The notes: generated from the sequence alone by a model not told the origin. A stretch of 32,000 bases of DNA from Thermococcus kodakarensis KOD1 (GCF_000009965.1 NC_006624.1:1620001-1652000), one strand, 5' to 3'. Counted from the first letter of the stretch, positions 1-7,267 are shown. Numbers and translations are program-made.

Positions 1-693
1 CCAGCCCTTCTCGTAGACCCACTCGTAGGTTCCGGGCCAGACCCCGAACTTCTCACCGTCATCGTGGAAGACCGCAACCTTGCTCTCATCACCATCATCG
101 AGGGAGTGTAGGTATTCGAGGGTCTTATCAACGGGGCGGAAGGGGATCAAATACCTGAGCTTCTCGTCTATCGGGAAAACCGTTATGACTTCACCGCCAT
201 CCTCGGTGTAGTACGGCCAGAACAGCTCATCCTTTGAGAGGCCCGCGCTCATGAAGTGGTAGTCGTCAACTATGACGTAATCTATTCCAGCAGCGCGGAG
301 GCTTTTCACGAGCTCCGGCTGCCAGACCCTCTCAGTGAGCCAGACGCCCCTCGCTTCGTAGCCGAGATTCCTGGCGAACTCCTTGAGCTTCTCGATCTGG
401 ACTATCCTATCTTCCTTCGGAATCGAGGCAAGAACGGGCTCGTAGAAGCCAGCCACCACTATCTCAAGCTGTCCCCTCTTGACGAGCGAGCGGAGCAAAT
501 CGAGGTGTTCTGGCTTGTTGTCGCGTATCCACTCAAGGAGCGGGCCGGAGTAATGAACGGCCACCTTCATGTTAGGGTACTCCTCAAGGGTCTCCATGAA
601 GGGCCTATAGGACCTCTCGTAGGCGCTCTCCATAACCCATCCAAAGTTTCCAAGGGGCTGATGGTTGTGGATACCAAATATGAAGTTCACCAT
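1..693 (-). CDS. GH57 4-alpha-glucanotransferase / alpha-amylase family, first 231 codons (gene runs off the window start)
   Basis: Absent from the ORF track because it is open at the window edge. The reverse-strand ATG at 693-691 reads MVNFIFGIHNHQPLGNFGWVMESAYERSYRPFMETLEEYPNMKVAVHYSGPLLEW... It carries the GH57 blocks GVWLTERVW (nucleophile Glu) and AVFHDDGEKFGVWPG (acid/base Asp). It closely resembles my recollection of the Thermococcus litoralis / Pyrococcus GH57 glucanotransferase N-terminus. The + ORF 256..738 is its antisense shadow. Confidence 0.9.
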   Translation of the reverse strand, partial: MVNFIFGIHNHQPLGNFGWVMESAYERSYRPFMETLEEYPNMKVAVHYSGPLLEWIRDNKPEHLDLLRSLVKRGQLEIVVAGFYEPVLASIPKEDRIVQIEKLKEFARNLGYEARGVWLTERVWQPELVKSLRAAGIDYVIVDDYHFMSAGLSKDELFWPYYTEDGGEVITVFPIDEKLRYLIPFRPVDKTLEYLHSLDDGDESKVAVFHDDGEKFGVWPGTYEWVYEKGW

Positions 694-715
694 CTCCATC
701 ACCGACAAGCTTTGT

Positions 716-732
716 TATCACTGGAGGTGATA
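716..732 (-). promoter_or_regulatory. Thermococcales glycolytic motif (TGM) operator, TATCAC-N5-GTGATA, perfect match
   Basis: The sequence is TATCACTGGAGGTGATA. It lies between a reverse-strand TATA box (746-753) and the GH57 ATG (693), at about the expected transcription start. This is the arrangement reported for Tgr/TrmBL1-repressed sugar genes. Confidence 0.75.
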
Positions 733-745
733 TGGTAAAGAAAGG

Positions 746-753
746 CATATAAA
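746..753 (-). promoter_or_regulatory. TATA box (TTTATATG on the reverse strand) with a purine-rich BRE-like GAAAAGG upstream
   Basis: The reverse strand reads GAAAAGGTTTATATGCC, 53-60 nt upstream of the GH57 start codon. Confidence 0.5.
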
Positions 754-779
754 CCTTTTCTTCAGGACTCAGTGGAAGA

Positions 780-1409
780 TCAGGAGACAAGGAAAACCAA
801 ATACACGGCAACTGCTACTGCCAGCTGGTTTGAGAAGTTGTCGTCGGGCGGGACGTTGTAGAACTCCACAATAGTGCCGATGACTGCACCAGCTAAAGCG
901 GGAGCAAAACTCACAAGGGGGATTAAAACCAGCAGAGCCGTAAGGAAGTATGCCAAGCTCCCCTCAAGGCTCTTACCGCTTGAGAATCTGTGTCTCCCAA
1001 GGCTCTTCCCGATTATAGCGGCCAGGGCATCCCCCAGGGTTGCCACAGTTATGGCACCCACCGCCACCTTCATCGGGAAGAAATATACTACTATGAACGA
1101 AGCGGCCGCAAAGTATATGTGGGCCGCAACTCTCTCACGCTCGTGAGGTCTAGTTATGGCCTCGATATGGTTTTCTATAAGCTCAATGCTCCTACCCAGC
1201 TCGGGGGAAGGGTACATATTCAGGAGGCGGTACTTTATCCTATCCCTCCACTCTTCGATTATCCTGAATGGTTCAAGCACGACGAAGAGGACAAAGGCCA
1301 GACCTATGAAGGCGAGCGTTGTGGTCTTGCCACAGCAGAGATAAATGGCAGGCACAGTAAGTCCCGTGAGGTGGAGTGCTTTACGCTTCAACTCGCTTCT
1401 TATACTCAC
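780..1409 (-). CDS. polytopic membrane protein of the dolichol/polyprenol kinase - CdsA (CTP-dependent) family
   Basis: 209 aa with multiple TM segments. The C-terminal block LGDALAAIIGKSLGRHRF-x4-KSLEGSLAYF matches the GD..A..vG...G...-KS.EGS signature of Sec59/VTE5/CdsA-type enzymes. Confidence 0.65.
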   Translation of the reverse strand: MSIRSELKRKALHLTGLTVPAIYLCCGKTTTLAFIGLAFVLFVVLEPFRIIEEWRDRIKYRLLNMYPSPELGRSIELIENHIEAITRPHERERVAAHIYFAAASFIVVYFFPMKVAVGAITVATLGDALAAIIGKSLGRHRFSSGKSLEGSLAYFLTALLVLIPLVSFAPALAGAVIGTIVEFYNVPPDDNFSNQLAVAVAVYLVFLVS

Positions 1410-2076
1410 GCTTTATCACCTCCAGGGCCTCAAGAAGGTTATTCACAACGTAATCGGCAAACCTGACTTTTCGGGACTTGAAATAGCCCCTGCGAACCAG
1501 TATGGTGGTGGCCCCAATCGCCCTACCTCCACGCATGTCAGTCTCGTCGCGGTCACCAACAACGTAGACCTCGCTGGAAGGGAACTTTTGAAGGGCAAGC
1601 TTGAAGTTGTAATCTTCAAGCTTGCTGTGGCCTGTTTCACCGCTTATGATGACGCCATCAAAGTAATTGGAGACGCCGAGAACTTCAAGCTTTTTCCTTT
1701 GCCACTCCGTCGATGAGTCCGTCACGAGAACTATTTTTGCCCCAAGCTTCTTCAGACCGGAGAGAAACGGCAGGGCATCAGGGAAAAGGCGTAAGTGTTC
1801 GAAAAAGGCGCGCTCAACAAAGGACACAACTTCCCGGATTTCATCGTCAGAGGCATCTGGGTAAACGTCCCTAAAGACGGTTTCAACAAGCTCGTCCAAA
1901 TCCATCAGGTGGACTTCCTCAGAGCTTTCAAAACGACGGTACTTTTTTAGCAAGAAGTACGCTATGGCCCGGAACTTTCTTCTCCTGATCAGGAACAAGA
2001 GAGTTCTCAAGAGGGTCTTTTTTCCCGCCTCCCACGTATTGCAGAGGGTATCGTCGAGGTCGGTGATTACCAGCAT
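1381..2076 (-). CDS. HAD-superfamily hydrolase (phosphatase-like)
   Basis: HAD motif I is MLVITDLDDTL (DxDxT), motif II is VLVTDSS, and motif IV is VVGDRDETDMRGG. The 3' end overlaps the next gene by 29 nt. Confidence 0.8.
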   Translation of the reverse strand: MLVITDLDDTLCNTWEAGKKTLLRTLLFLIRRRKFRAIAYFLLKKYRRFESSEEVHLMDLDELVETVFRDVYPDASDDEIREVVSFVERAFFEHLRLFPDALPFLSGLKKLGAKIVLVTDSSTEWQRKKLEVLGVSNYFDGVIISGETGHSKLEDYNFKLALQKFPSSEVYVVGDRDETDMRGGRAIGATTILVRRGYFKSRKVRFADYVVNNLLEALEVIKREYKKRVEA

Positions 2077-2149
2077 ATTGGTATTATTTCTTCGGGGCTT
2101 TTAAAGGGTAATGCAAAGCTTTTAAAGACGGTAAACGAGTTCTGGATTG

Positions 2150-2395
2150 ATGAGAGGCGAAGAACTCGTACTGGCGGGAATAGCCCTGATATTCCTGGGG
2201 TTCATCCTGGTGTTCATCGGGACCCTGCTATCTGCCTTCAGCGGTGAGGCGGACGTTGAAGGCGGCGGGGTCATAATGATAGGCCCAATTCCAATAGTCT
2301 TTGGAACAGGAAGGGGTGTCACCCTGGCCATGATTCTGGCGGTGCTCCTGATGGTTCTGTGGATAATTGGTACTCTTCTCGCAAGGAGGGGATGA
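2150..2395 (+). CDS. small two-TM membrane protein (DUF131/TIGR00304-like)
   Basis: The 81-82 aa ORF has two hydrophobic helices flanking a G-rich loop (GEADVEGGGVIMIGPIPIVFGTG). ATG 2150 follows TTG 2147. The divergent intergenic region contains TTTTAAAG TATA-like elements. Confidence 0.6.
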   Translation: MRGEELVLAGIALIFLGFILVFIGTLLSAFSGEADVEGGGVIMIGPIPIVFGTGRGVTLAMILAVLLMVLWIIGTLLARRG

Positions 2396-2396
2396 C

Positions 2397-3587
2397 GTGG
2401 AGTTCCTCGGCTACCTAGCAGTCCTTCTAGTTGTGGCAAAGAGCATAGAATGGGCCTTCGAGAAGGCGGAGATACACCCGATCATCGCCCACGTTATAAC
2501 TGGCATTCTCCTCGGGCCGTTTGCACTCGGAATTGTAAAGCCGGGCAAAGAAATTGAAGTGCTGGCACAGTTTGGACTTATAATGATGATGCTCTACATG
2601 GGCCTGACCAGCAACTTCTCTGCAATAGCCCAGAACACGAAGAAAGCCACGTTTGTGGCAGTTCTCGGGGTTGCTTTCTCGTTCATACTGGGCTTTGCCA
2701 CCGTGTACCTCTTTGGAAAGGGGTTCTCCGCGGCGGTGTTCGTTGGCGTAACCCTCGGAAACACGGCAATCGAAGTCACGAGCGGCGTCCTGGTCAAGGA
2801 GAGGGTGAACAGAAGAGTCTCGGCCATACTGATGGGAGCGGCGTTCGCGGACGACATACTGGCCGTTTACCTTATAGGCATCATCACCGGCATGGCGAGC
2901 GGGAACTTCAACGCCCAGTCCCTCCTCATCCTGACGGGGAAAATCTTTGCCTTCATAGTCGCGACGCTCCTGATTTCGGAGTACATCTTCAAGCGCTCCA
3001 GATGGTTCTACAGCGTGGTCAGGAACCTCAACGTCTTCTTTACATTCACCCTCATCCTCACGTTTGCACTCGCCATAATATCGGAGTGGGTTGGCCTGAA
3101 CCAGATAATAGGGGCCTACCTGGCGGGTCTGACCATAAGCAGACTCCGCGAGAGAAAAGACCCCCTCGTCGTTACCAGGATAAAGCTCAACGAGCTCATA
3201 GGCGACCTTCAGGTTGTCCTCACGGAGTTCTTCATGCCGCTGTTCTTTATCTACGTCGGCCTGATGTTCAATCCCCCCATTAAAGACATTAACATATTCC
3301 TCATTTTGGCCCTCTACGCCTCGGCAGTGCTTGGTAAGCTGATCGGCTGCGGTCTTGGTTCAAAGCTGGTTGGTCTCCCCTGGGAAGATTCGATAGCAGT
3401 CGGAATTGGAATGGGTGGAAGGGGAAGCCTGGAGCTGGCTATCCTCACGTTCGGCCTCAGCACGGGGTTGATAGACCAGAGCATCTTCGCGAGTGTTATA
3501 ATGGTCTCAATGCTAACGGCCTTAACAACGCCGATATTCTTCAAGGCGTACCTGAAGAGGCAAAGGCTTAAAGCCGGGGAGAGCTAG
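2397..3587 (+). CDS. cation:proton antiporter (CPA2 / NapA-KefB type Na+/H+ exchanger)
   Basis: About 396 aa with 10 or more TM segments and the typical CPA fold composition. I prefer the GTG at 2397, which is preceded by GGAGGGG (2384-2390), over the track's TTG at 2367. The start overlaps or abuts the upstream small membrane gene. Confidence 0.8.
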   Translation: MEFLGYLAVLLVVAKSIEWAFEKAEIHPIIAHVITGILLGPFALGIVKPGKEIEVLAQFGLIMMMLYMGLTSNFSAIAQNTKKATFVAVLGVAFSFILGFATVYLFGKGFSAAVFVGVTLGNTAIEVTSGVLVKERVNRRVSAILMGAAFADDILAVYLIGIITGMASGNFNAQSLLILTGKIFAFIVATLLISEYIFKRSRWFYSVVRNLNVFFTFTLILTFALAIISEWVGLNQIIGAYLAGLTISRLRERKDPLVVTRIKLNELIGDLQVVLTEFFMPLFFIYVGLMFNPPIKDINIFLILALYASAVLGKLIGCGLGSKLVGLPWEDSIAVGIGMGGRGSLELAILTFGLSTGLIDQSIFASVIMVSMLTALTTPIFFKAYLKRQRLKAGES

Positions 3588-3607
3588 TACCGCAAGGCGG
3601 TGAGAAA

Positions 3608-4762
3608 ATGTTTCCAGAGAGGGGAGCGAGCGAGGAAGAAGTCCTGAGGGAGCTTGAAGAGAAGACAAGAGAAGATTTAACCTTCGATTCAGGCAAGATA
3701 CTCGGTTCTATGTGCACTTACCCACACCCCTTCGCAGTGAAGGTCGTTATGAAGTACATAGACAGGAACCTCGGCGATCCTGGTTTACATATCGGGAGCC
3801 AGAAGATCGAGAAAGAAGCCGTTGACATGCTGGCCAACCTACTTGGGCTGGAGAAGGGCTACGGCCACATAGTCTCTGGCGGGACGGAGGCCAACATTCT
3901 GGCAGTGAGGGCAATGAGAAACCTCGCTGGAATAGAAAAGCCCGAACTGATCCTTCCAGAGAGCGCTCACTTCTCATTCATAAAGGCCGCCGAGATGCTA
4001 GGGGTAAAGCTCGTCTGGGCGGAACTGAACGACGACTACACAGTCAACGTGAAAGACGTTGAGAAGAAGATAACAGACAGGACGATAGGAATAGTGGGGA
4101 TAGCTGGAACGACCGGCCTTGGAGTCGTCGACGACATCCCGGCCCTGAGCGACTTAGCACTTGACTACGGTCTTCCCCTCCACGTTGATGCAGCCTTCGG
4201 CGGCTTCGTGATACCCTTTGCAAAGGCTCTCGGTTATGAGATTCCCGACTTCGACTTCAGGCTCAAGGGAGTGAAAAGTATAACAATAGACCCTCACAAG
4301 ATGGGGATGGTACCGATTCCAGCCGGGGGAATAATCTTCCGCGAGAAGAAGTTTCTGGACAGTATAAGCGTTTTAGCCCCGTATTTGGCCGGAGGCAAAA
4401 TCTGGCAGGCGACGATAACCGGAACCAGACCGGGAGCCAATGCTCTGGCAGTGTGGGCGATGATAAAACACCTCGGCTTCGATGGGTACAAGGAAGTTGT
4501 AAAAGAGAAGATGGAGCTCGCAAGGTGGTTCGCCTCGGAACTGAAGAAGATTCCAGGGATTTACCTCATCAGGGAGCCAGTGTTAAATATAGTCTCATTC
4601 GGTTCAGAGAAGCTGGAAGAGCTTGAAAAAGAGCTTAAGGCGAGGGGCTGGGGTGTAAGCGCTCACAGGGGCTACATAAGGATCGTCGTCATGCCTCACG
4701 TGAAGAGGGAGCACCTCGAGGAGTTTTTGAGGGATTTGAGGGAGATTGCAAAAAGGCTTTAA
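3608..4762 (+). CDS. mfnA: group II PLP-dependent decarboxylase (MfnA family; L-tyrosine/L-aspartate decarboxylase)
   Basis: 384 aa with GGTEANILAV, the HVDAAFGG block, and the PLP-lysine motif ITIDPHKMG. Thermococcus homologues of this family are reported to act as aspartate decarboxylase for CoA synthesis. An RBS GGCGGTGA lies upstream. Confidence 0.85.
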   Translation: MFPERGASEEEVLRELEEKTREDLTFDSGKILGSMCTYPHPFAVKVVMKYIDRNLGDPGLHIGSQKIEKEAVDMLANLLGLEKGYGHIVSGGTEANILAVRAMRNLAGIEKPELILPESAHFSFIKAAEMLGVKLVWAELNDDYTVNVKDVEKKITDRTIGIVGIAGTTGLGVVDDIPALSDLALDYGLPLHVDAAFGGFVIPFAKALGYEIPDFDFRLKGVKSITIDPHKMGMVPIPAGGIIFREKKFLDSISVLAPYLAGGKIWQATITGTRPGANALAVWAMIKHLGFDGYKEVVKEKMELARWFASELKKIPGIYLIREPVLNIVSFGSEKLEELEKELKARGWGVSAHRGYIRIVVMPHVKREHLEEFLRDLREIAKRL

Positions 4763-4795
4763 AGCTGTCCGACAAATTGACCCATTGGTGAGACA

Positions 4796-5038
4796 ATGAC
4801 CACTGGTGTGAAGGTTTCTGTGAGACTTCCTCCGAAGCTTGCCGAGGAGATAGACTCGCTCGTCAAAGCGGGCCTCTTCAGCAACAGAAGCGACCTGATA
4901 AAGGAGGCTATACGGCACTACCTCAGGGAGCTCAGAAAGGAGCTCACGGAAGAGGAAAGATGGAGGCTGAAGGCCGTCGAGGACGTCCTCAAGGAGGACT
5001 GGGAGAGTGAGGAGGACAGCTTCTGGGACTCCTACTGA
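4796..5038 (+). CDS. ribbon-helix-helix (CopG/RHH) antitoxin
   Basis: VSVRLPPKLAEEIDSLVKAGLFSNRSDLIKEAIRHYL is a canonical RHH fold sequence. An acidic C-terminal tail (EDWESEEDSFWDSY) follows. The gene overlaps the downstream toxin ORF by 32 nt. Confidence 0.8.
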   Translation: MTTGVKVSVRLPPKLAEEIDSLVKAGLFSNRSDLIKEAIRHYLRELRKELTEEERWRLKAVEDVLKEDWESEEDSFWDSY

Positions 5039-5404
5039 AGGAGGGCCTTTCAAAGAGGGAGAGGTAATCCTCCTGCCGTTTCCCTTCAACGACCTCCAGA
5101 ACGTGAAAACGAGGCCAGCCCTCGTCCTTTCGAGCGAGAGCTTCAACAGGAAGAGCAACTCAATCATAGTGGCTCAGATAACTCCAACCTGAAAAGCGGG
5201 TTTAAAGAACTCAACGTCCTGATAGCGGACGAGGACCTTGACAGGTATCCAGGAACAAGGCCGATAATACCCAGCATTGTCAAGCCCTACGTGATTTTCT
5301 CAGTCAACAAAAGGATGGTCATCAAGAGAATCGGCCTCCTGCGGGAGGAAAAGCTAGCCGAGGTCTACGAAAGCCTCATGAAGGCGCTCGACCTCACTCA
5401 GTAA
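5007..5404 (+). pseudogene. MazF/PemK-family toxin, interrupted by a 1-nt frameshift at about 5183
   Basis: Frame A (5007-5192) reads ...FKEGEVILLPFPFNDLQNVKTRPALVLSSESFNRKSNSIIVAQITPT*. The frame shifted by one base continues SNLKSGFKELNVLIADEDLDRYPGTRPIIPSIVKPYVIFSVNKRMVIKRIGLLREEKLAEVYESLMKALDLTQ* (stop at 5402-5404). Restoring one T in ATAACT(T)CCAAC yields the family-typical ..AQITSNLK.. junction. Confidence 0.75.
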
Positions 5405-6299
5405 CGCCCTTTATGTCCACGTGGACAAAGGCCCTCTCCACCTCTGGCATCTCCTCGATCCTCTTCTTGACTTCCTCGCTGATATCGTGGGCCCCCTTGA
5501 GTGTGATTTCCGGTGGAACTTCAATGTGAAGCTCAACGTGGAGTTTGTTCCCCACGTAGTGTGCCCTGAGGTCGTGGACTCCCAGGACGTTTGGGACGCT
5601 CATGGCGCGCTTCCTAATCTCCTCGCACACCTCAAAGGGCGGGGCGCTTCCTGTGAGGTAGCCAACGTTCTCAAGGATTATCTCCGCCGAGACCTTGACG
5701 AGGAAGCCCGCAACAACCAGCCCGGCGAGGGCATCCCCATACTTGAAGCCGAGCTTCTGAAGACCGAGACCCACGAGAACCGCAACGCTGCTGAGGGCGT
5801 CGCTCCTGTGGTGGTAAGCGTCGGCAACTAAGATTTGGCTTTTGAGCTTCCTGCCGACGTAAACGGAATAGCGGAACATCAACTCTTTGGCAAGAATGGA
5901 AAGGACTGTAACCCCGAGCATTAGGGAGTTTACCTCAATGGCCGTGCCATGGAGAAGTCTGAAGAGTGAATCCCTCCCAATCTCGTAGGCCACCAGGAGG
6001 AGAGCCTCGCTTATGAGAAAGGCCACCAGGGGCTCAAAGCGGGAGTGTCCGAAGGGATGGCTTTTGTCAGGGGGCTTTGAAGAAACCCTCATCCCAAGGT
6101 AGCCGATGACGCTCGTAACCACATCGCTGAGGGAGTGAGCTCCGTCCGAAATCAGGGCTATGCTCGAGTAGAGAAACCCAACGACCAGCTTGAGCACTGA
6201 GAGGAGAAGGTTTCCAACTATCGAGACCCATATGGGGCGGTAGAGCTCCTCCAAGGGCCACCCTCCGGGGTTTAAACGAATTAAACAACCAACATGCAC
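5394..6299 (-). CDS. cation diffusion facilitator (CDF) divalent-metal efflux transporter
   Basis: It carries LISDGAHSLSDVVTS and HHRSDALSS (the CDF TM2/TM5 metal-site motifs), PFGHSRFEPL, and a C-terminal cytoplasmic domain. The start is uncertain. The options are the GTG at 6299 and the TTG at 6254, which is preceded by GGAGGGTGG and by TTTAATTCGTTTAAA; I favour 6254. Confidence 0.85.
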   Translation of the reverse strand: MHVGCLIRLNPGGWPLEELYRPIWVSIVGNLLLSVLKLVVGFLYSSIALISDGAHSLSDVVTSVIGYLGMRVSSKPPDKSHPFGHSRFEPLVAFLISEALLLVAYEIGRDSLFRLLHGTAIEVNSLMLGVTVLSILAKELMFRYSVYVGRKLKSQILVADAYHHRSDALSSVAVLVGLGLQKLGFKYGDALAGLVVAGFLVKVSAEIILENVGYLTGSAPPFEVCEEIRKRAMSVPNVLGVHDLRAHYVGNKLHVELHIEVPPEITLKGAHDISEEVKKRIEEMPEVERAFVHVDIKGVTE

Positions 6300-6304
6300 A
6301 ATGC

Positions 6305-6358
6305 GGTCAGTCCGTCACTCCCTCGTCACAGCTCGGACAAGGCTGAACTCATCATCCC
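6305..6358 (-). ncRNA. C/D box sRNA candidate 2 (2'-O-methylation guide)
   Basis: The reverse strand reads GGG-AUGAUGA(C)-GUUCAGCCUUGU-CCGA(D')-GCU-GUGACGA(C')-GGGAGUGACGGA-CUGA(D)-CC. This is the exact archaeal layout 7-12-4-3-7-12-4, with a GG/CC terminal pairing. A TATA-like TTTTAAG (6385-6379) is centred about 24 nt upstream of the 5' end. Confidence 0.7.
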
Positions 6359-6390
6359 AGAAAAGGTAGAGGATGGGACTTAAAAGGGTT

Positions 6391-6446
6391 GCTCAGCGAT
6401 CACCTTTCCTTCCTCACCGGTCGGTTCGCCCATCACTCATCATCGC
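6391..6446 (-). ncRNA. C/D box sRNA candidate 1 (2'-O-methylation guide)
   Basis: The reverse strand reads GCG-AUGAUGA(C)-GUGAUGGGCGAA-CCGA(D')-CCG-GUGAGGA(C')-AGGAAAGGUGAUCG-CUGA(D)-GC. It has the same D' (CCGA) and the same 3-nt loop as candidate 2. The second spacer is 14 nt rather than 12. A TATA-like CTTAAAC (6473-6467) lies about 24 nt upstream. Confidence 0.55.
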
Positions 6447-6450
6447 AGGG

Positions 6451-6455
6451 AAAAA
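6451..6455 (-). terminator. oligo-T tract downstream of the TasA-like gene
   Basis: The reverse strand reads CCAATTTTTCCC, about 30 nt after the stop at 6484. Archaeal RNAP terminates at T5 or longer runs. Confidence 0.35.
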
Positions 6456-6483
6456 TTGGAGAGGGGGTTTAAGTGGCTTCCGC

Positions 6484-7080
6484 TCACTGTGAAGCAGTTA
6501 TGAGCATAGCAACCTCAGAGGTATCGGTCTGGCACTCGTTTCCCGCATCGGGAGAGAGTTCTACGCGCATAGTAATTCCTATGGCTTCGCTCTCAGCCAG
6601 CTTGCCCTCAAAGAGGCGTATAAGCGTACCGTTGAGCTCTTTAAGGGATTTTCCAGCGTAGAGATCAAGTTTCATGACTGTCCCGTTAACCAAGACACGG
6701 ATGTCCTTGACTATCAGGTATTTGCTGAGCTCTCCAACGTCTGGCGTGCTGTCCACGAGTGCCTCAGCTTTAGAGAGCTTTCCATCTTCACGGTCAGTCA
6801 CGTTTAGGGTCATTGTGATCTTTGAAACAGGGTAATCTCCGCGGTTCTTGATGTAGAATCGGATCGTCTTCTCTTCTCCCGGCAGAAGGTCTCCAAACTC
6901 AAAGACCTTGTAAGCATCGTAGTACCTCCCGTCATCTCTGCTTATCCCGATATCGAACTCACCCGTGGAGAACTCGTTGCCCGTGGACTTCGCCACGTCG
7001 CTGAAGTACGAGGCACCAAACTTGACGCCAGCGAGGAAAACCAGCAGGGCCGCCAGTGTAACGCCCAGCGTTCGTTTCAT
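6484..7080 (-). CDS. secreted TasA/camelysin-like (SipW-cognate signal peptide class) protein
   Basis: From ATG 7080 it reads MKRTLGVTLAALLVFLAGVKFGASYFSDVAKSTGNEFSTGEFDIGIS. This is an h-region followed by the YFSD-x-x-x-S-x-GN-x-F-x-x-G block typical of TasA/camelysin precursors, and the rest is a beta-rich body. The track's TTG at 7092 is less likely. The reverse-strand TATA AAAAACTTATATATTC lies at about 7113-7128. Confidence 0.7.
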   Translation of the reverse strand: MKRTLGVTLAALLVFLAGVKFGASYFSDVAKSTGNEFSTGEFDIGISRDDGRYYDAYKVFEFGDLLPGEEKTIRFYIKNRGDYPVSKITMTLNVTDREDGKLSKAEALVDSTPDVGELSKYLIVKDIRVLVNGTVMKLDLYAGKSLKELNGTLIRLFEGKLAESEAIGITMRVELSPDAGNECQTDTSEVAMLITASQ

Positions 7081-7267
7081 AAATACCACCAATCATGGTT
7101 TCTCAGAAGAAGAACGCGTAAGAATATATAAGTTTTTCGGAAGTCAAGTTGTAAAAACTGGTGGCGTAATGCATTCTACTACATTATTTGGAGAGATACA
7201 ACAAAAAGCCTATCAACCGACAGATTCCAAAACCGTTTAAAGGCACGCCCAAGAAAACCGTACCGCG

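Noticed and set aside
256-738. 160-aa + strand ORF at the window start
   Set aside because: It is the antisense shadow of the clearly recognisable GH57 gene on the reverse strand. It has no motif content and no start context.
6391-6412. The D guide of sRNA candidate 1 resembles the complement of the 16S 3' end (GAUCACCU of ..GGAUCACCUCCU)
   Set aside because: Only about 8 contiguous nucleotides match my remembered consensus, and pairing breaks before the CCUCC. That is too short to claim a target, and I could not place the D' guide (complement UUCGCCCAUCAC) either. Alignment to this genome's rRNA and tRNA is needed.
7093-7267. The AT-rich 175-nt spacer was checked for small RNAs or a small ORF (for example ATG 7169, 24 codons)
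   Set aside because: It has no C/D or H/ACA-like boxes, no convincing stem-loops and no RBS for the mini-ORF. The A/T blocks are at the right distances to be the divergent promoters of the TasA-like and flippase genes.
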